Source: an uncultured Eubacterium sp. (GTDB lineage Bacteria > Bacillota > Clostridia > Lachnospirales > Lachnospiraceae). Taken from it: a stretch of 64,000 nucleotides of DNA. Positions 60,112 to 64,000 of the stretch are shown here, piece by piece. Location of the stretch: contig CAMEWO010000010.1 of the NCBI GenBank assembly GCA_945946665.1, forward strand, positions 1,781 through 65,780. Direction: 5' to 3'. Under the pieces are notes generated by a model. That model was not told where the DNA came from and did not search any database. It worked only from the letters and a program-made list of their open reading frames with translations. Position 1 is the stretch's first letter, and each line of letters opens with the position of its first letter. Position numbers and translations under genes: made by a program.

Positions 60112-60975
60112 TCAGGCTTTATCAGCTGAACCAAAGAGAGTAATCTTCTCACGGACAGTTTCTTTGATTGCTTCAGCACCAGGAGCCAGAAGCTTTCTTG
60201 GATCAAAGCCTTTACCCTCAAGATCTTTTCCTGCCTCAATGTATTTTCTTGTGGCAGCAGCAAATGAAAGCTGGCACTCTGTGTTAACATTAATCTTAGC
60301 AACGCCAAGGCTGATGGCCTTCTTAATCATATCTTCTGGGATACCTGTACCACCATGAAGAACTAATGGCATGTCTCCAACCTTTTCCTTAACAGCTTCA
60401 AGAGTTTCAAAGCTCAGGCCCTTCCAGTTTGCTGGATACTTTCCGTGAATATTGCCGATTCCGGCAGCAAGCATTGTGACACCTAAATCAGCAATTGCTT
60501 TGCACTCGTTAGGATCTGCACATTCACCCATACCTACGACACCATCTTCTTCGCCACCGATAGAGCCAACCTCGGCTTCAAGCGACATACCCTTTTCTCT
60601 GGTAACAGCAACTAATTCCTTTGTCTTAGCAATATTCTCATCAATTGGGTAGTGAGAACCATCAAACATTATTGAAGAGAAACCTGCTTCAATACATTTG
60701 TAGCAGCCTTCATAAGTACCATGGTCAAGATGTAAAGCTACAGGAACTGTAATGTTCTGCTCCTCAATTAAAGCTTTAACCATGGCAGATACTACCTTAA
60801 ATCCGCCCATATACTTACCGGCACCCTCAGAAACACCGAGGATTACTGGCGAATTCATCTCCTGGGCTGTAAGAAGGATGGACTTAGTCCACTCAAGGTT
60901 GTTGATATTAAACTGGCCAACAGCGTATCCGTTTGCACGAGCCTTTGTCAGCATGTCTTTTACAGTAACTAACAT
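60112..60975 (-). CDS. fba: Class II fructose-1,6-bisphosphate aldolase
   Basis: FNINNLEW, HLDHG, MFDGSH, GNIHG, VLHGGTG. Confidence 0.96.
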   Translation of the reverse strand: MLVTVKDMLTKARANGYAVGQFNINNLEWTKSILLTAQEMNSPVILGVSEGAGKYMGGFKVVSAMVKALIEEQNITVPVALHLDHGTYEGCYKCIEAGFSSIMFDGSHYPIDENIAKTKELVAVTREKGMSLEAEVGSIGGEEDGVVGMGECADPNECKAIADLGVTMLAAGIGNIHGKYPANWKGLSFETLEAVKEKVGDMPLVLHGGTGIPEDMIKKAISLGVAKINVNTECQLSFAAATRKYIEAGKDLEGKGFDPRKLLAPGAEAIKETVREKITLFGSADKA

Positions 60976-61150
60976 ATTAATACCTCCGTTTCAAAACATA
61001 TAGGATATTATACTCTAGATTGAGTAAAATGGAAAGCAATATTTTGCTGTTGTATAAAGATGGCAAAAAGGATATAATCTGATATGTTAATGAAGAGAAA
61101 ATGCTTACTGCAGCTGGTTATACTAATATAAATGTAAGGCAGCAGTACAG

Positions 61151-61516
61151 ATGTATTTCAGAACAGAGGTGTTTATGAATTATTTAAGAAGCATAGCAGA
61201 GCTTGTTGGTGGCGAGGCAGGCAGACTTTTACAGATGATAAGCCTTGAAATTGATTTCTATGATGCGGAGGCTCATGCAGGAACTTCTTTTAAGCCATTT
61301 ATTGGTTTTATGATGTTTTTTGCGGGATTTGTTATCATATTCATTGGAATTGTCAAGATAAATGATGCAAAAAAGCAGTGGAATCTATTCTATGACCAGA
61401 GAGACAGGAAAGATTTCTCTGACCCCAAGTATGAGAAGGAGAAAAGAACAGGAAAGATACTGGTGGCTGCCGGTGTGATTCTGATTCTTCTGTCATTTAT
61501 CCTGCTGCCTCTGTAG
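61151..61516 (+). CDS. Hypothetical membrane protein (2 TM)
   Basis: Two hydrophobic segments; start uncertain. Confidence 0.55.
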   Translation: MYFRTEVFMNYLRSIAELVGGEAGRLLQMISLEIDFYDAEAHAGTSFKPFIGFMMFFAGFVIIFIGIVKINDAKKQWNLFYDQRDRKDFSDPKYEKEKRTGKILVAAGVILILLSFILLPL

Positions 61517-61598
61517 TAAAGGATCAGAAGACAGAAATCCTTCCGGCTTTCATGTGTGAATTTTTCATATGCGTATTACAGCCATTAAATGAAAACAG

Positions 61599-61646
61599 GA
61601 TATAAGAAAGCCCCGCTTACTTATGTAAGCGGGGCTTTCTTATATC
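61599..61646. terminator. Strong bidirectional terminator-like hairpin
   Basis: Perfect 22-bp stem gatataagaaagccccgcttac-ttat-gtaagcggggctttcttatatc between convergent genes. Confidence 0.8.
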
Positions 61647-61906
61647 GATGAATCATTACTCACGAATAATGATTCTGTTATTTAGTTGTAGGTTTGTAAA
61701 AAATACTTTAATTTAAAAAGAAAAATTAAAATGAGAAAATGTAAAAAATACAACTTGTTGAAATTTAAAATGAGAATTCTTAATTTCTTAAGTTGTTTTT
61801 AGTATATGGGTAAATAATTAAAAAATGGTGTTTTTGCTGTTAATATTGGGTAAACTATTTGTTAATAATTTGTGAATGGCGAAAACAGCATAAACACAGG
61901 GCTTTT

Positions 61907-62440
61907 CTACATATCTCCCAGCTTTTCAGGTTCGTCATATTCAACCCCGAAGGTTTCAACAGTGACTTTTGACATAACCTGTGGTTTCATTGGTTTGTCA
62001 TTCCAGTCTGTGCCGGTTGTGGCGATTTTATCAAGAACATCTTCTCCCTCGATAAGTTTGCCAAATGCAGCGTAATCTCCGTCAAGATGTGGAGCCTTGC
62101 TGTGCATGATAAAGAACTGGGAACCTGCTGAATCTGGAATCCTTGTACGTGCCATTGAAAGCACTCCCTTTGTATGGAGAAGCTCATTCTTGAAGCCATT
62201 GCTTGAAAACTCGCCCTTGATGCAGTATCCAGGACCGCCCATTCCTGTTCCCTCAGGGTCACCGCCCTGAATCATAAAACCAGGAATAATTCTGTGGAAG
62301 CCTACACCATCATAGAATCCCTTCTTAATGAGGCTGATAAAGTTATTGACTGTGTTAGGGGCGATTTCTGGGTAAAGCTCAGCTTTCATGACATCCCCGT
62401 TTTCCATTTCGATTGTTATAATTGGATTTTGGTTTGACAT
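61907..62440 (-). CDS. ppiB: Cyclophilin-type peptidyl-prolyl isomerase
   Basis: FHRIIPGFMIQGGDP, SMAR, SAGSQFFI, HLDGDYAAFG. Confidence 0.93.
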   Translation of the reverse strand: MSNQNPIITIEMENGDVMKAELYPEIAPNTVNNFISLIKKGFYDGVGFHRIIPGFMIQGGDPEGTGMGGPGYCIKGEFSSNGFKNELLHTKGVLSMARTRIPDSAGSQFFIMHSKAPHLDGDYAAFGKLIEGEDVLDKIATTGTDWNDKPMKPQVMSKVTVETFGVEYDEPEKLGDM

Positions 62441-62609
62441 ATGTTCTAATTCCTTTCCTTATTTGCCATAATTTGTGTTATTATGTTCATAAATCAGAAT
62501 TCATTTCCTGCAGGCTGGAACGATTTCTGACTTTGGACCCTTATATCATGTCATTGTAAAGACAGGATGTGTAAAAGTCAAATTAATAATTGGGAGTTAA
62601 TATTTTAAA

Positions 62610-63470
62610 ATGTTGAAGTATATATGTGTGGTCAATGGTGAGAAGTACAACGGATATGAGGATTTCTGCCACAGGGCAGGAAAGTGTGGAATCAGGGTAG
62701 TAAAAGTGGCAGAAGCTGATAACTGGATTGATGCAGTACTTACTGGTGAAAATACGGAAGATAAAGAACTGGCTGGGAAAACTATGAATGATATAAAAAA
62801 TGACAGCCTTTTGATAACAGATACAGATATGGACGAGCTACATGACATGATTGTGGGACTGGGGGAACATTATTCCGGAAATGCTCCTTTTGTTGTGGCA
62901 GATTTTGACATTTCCATGAATTATGTCCAGCTTATATATGACAGATACCATAATAAGCCACACACAATAGCGGTTACTGACAGGCTGGTAATAAGGGAGA
63001 TGACAGTGGAAGACCTGCCGGAAATGTATCAGCTGTATGACAGTCTTTCCCACTGTCCATATGTGGAACCACTGTATGAATATGACAGGGAACTGGAATT
63101 TACAGAAAATTATATCAGGAATATGTATGGATTTTTTCAGTATGGATTGTGGCTTGTATATGAGAGAAATACAGGAAAGCTTATAGGAAGGGCGGGGCTT
63201 GAACACAGAGAGATAGATGGCAGGACAAGGCAGGAGCTGGGATATATTATTCACAGGGAATTCCAGGGGAAAGGATATGGATATGAAGCCTGCAGGGCTG
63301 TTTTAGAATATGCAGAACAGGAACTGGGGCTTAGTGAAATATTTGTGTGTACGGATATTAATAATAATCCATCCAGGAATCTGGCATTAAAGCTTGGTTT
63401 TGAAAGCTATGCCACAGACGTGGATGGATTTGACATATATCATATTTATCTGAAACTACCACAGAAATGA
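62610..63470 (+). CDS. RimJ/RimL-like GNAT acetyltransferase with an extra N-terminal domain
   Basis: TDRLVIRE, ELGYII, FQGKGYGYEA, LALKLGF. Confidence 0.85.
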   Translation: MLKYICVVNGEKYNGYEDFCHRAGKCGIRVVKVAEADNWIDAVLTGENTEDKELAGKTMNDIKNDSLLITDTDMDELHDMIVGLGEHYSGNAPFVVADFDISMNYVQLIYDRYHNKPHTIAVTDRLVIREMTVEDLPEMYQLYDSLSHCPYVEPLYEYDRELEFTENYIRNMYGFFQYGLWLVYERNTGKLIGRAGLEHREIDGRTRQELGYIIHREFQGKGYGYEACRAVLEYAEQELGLSEIFVCTDINNNPSRNLALKLGFESYATDVDGFDIYHIYLKLPQK

Positions 63471-63497
63471 AAATATGGCAGATGATATGGGGCATAC

Positions 63498-64000
63498 CTA
63501 CAGACCAAACGCGTATTTTATAAATGCAACTGCATTGTCATGGTTAGTAGCGGTAACAACCACCCCGTAGCATGGGTCGCTCATGGTAAGGTCGGTATCT
63601 TTCTTAAGAGGAGTATTTAAAAGGCTTACCGCAACAGGAATACTGGTGCCATCCTTCATGGTATAGTACACAATATTGTCCTCACCGATTTTATTCAGCT
63701 CCTCTTCTGTAAGAATCTCCCGCAAATCACAGAGGAAAGGTTCTGCATCTGTTGAGAAAAATGTTATATAATCCCTGTTGGCAAGATAACCATCCACGTC
63801 TCCTACAGAGGCTTTGGTTATCATCTTGGTTCTGGCAACTGCCGCTTCATTATCCATTGGCTGGACAATCAGAGAGTTATTGTAGTCAATCTCCACCTGA
63901 TGACGTTTTCCGTCAATTCCAAGATAACTGGTAAAACCAGTGGAAATGGCATCAGTACGGTCAAAATACCCTGAAATCTTTCCATCTGCAACATAGATGC
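63498..64000 (-). CDS. C-terminal part of a hypothetical (possibly solute-binding lipoprotein-like) protein, 5'-truncated by window
   Basis: Frame stays open from 63896 to the window end (IYVADGKISGYFDRTDAIS...). Confidence 0.6.
   Translation of the reverse strand, partial: IYVADGKISGYFDRTDAISTGFTSYLGIDGKRHQVEIDYNNSLIVQPMDNEAAVARTKMITKASVGDVDGYLANRDYITFFSTDAEPFLCDLREILTEEELNKIGEDNIVYYTMKDGTSIPVAVSLLNTPLKKDTDLTMSDPCYGVVVTATNHDNAVAFIKYAFGL

Noticed and set aside
61650-61900. AT-rich intergenic stretch with aaaatgagaa repeated twice, as an ncRNA or origin
   Set aside because: No stable structure, DnaA-box cluster or recognisable RNA motif.
73-63934. Numerous 60-210-aa ORFs antisense to or nested in confident genes
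   Set aside because: Shadow ORFs with no motifs or RBS, overlapping well-supported CDSs.
1-64000. tRNA, rRNA, tmRNA or other housekeeping RNA genes
   Set aside because: No cloverleaf (T-loop GTTCRA with matching acceptor stem) or rRNA signature seen in any intergenic region.

Overview
Chromosomal segment of a low-GC Firmicute, Lachnospiraceae-like by gene content, with most genes on the + strand. It opens with the end of a conjugative or mobilizable element whose MOBP-type relaxase is fused in frame to a large serine recombinase. Housekeeping genes follow (GH13, trmD, trmL, mutS2, yhaM, rlmD/rumA, luxS, thrS, glnA type III, fba, ppi), plus a maltodextrin/starch locus (two-component system, two SBPs, ABC permeases, malQ, phosphorylase). 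A 9,983-bp mobilizable element (ABC-F, amidohydrolase, MobV, Rep-like, DnaC/IstB-like, KilA-N, serine recombinase) is integrated at a GAGA core in the 3' end of rlmD. The strongest unexplained structure is a family of five giant intergenic hairpins (280-590 bp; 2531-2970, 3134-3630, 8312-8599, 8598-8879, 56134-56724). They share a conserved, imperfectly paired A/B core and an apical GC hairpin, carry locus-specific self-complementary arms, are nested at two loci, and at one locus include an inverted copy of the thrS stop codon and terminator. Two other leads stand out: a perfect 32-bp palindrome encoding a KilA-N motif and duplicated just upstream of that gene, and an in-frame C-terminal swap between RlmD and the integrase. 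No tRNA, rRNA or CRISPR array was found. All alignments and counts were done by eye.
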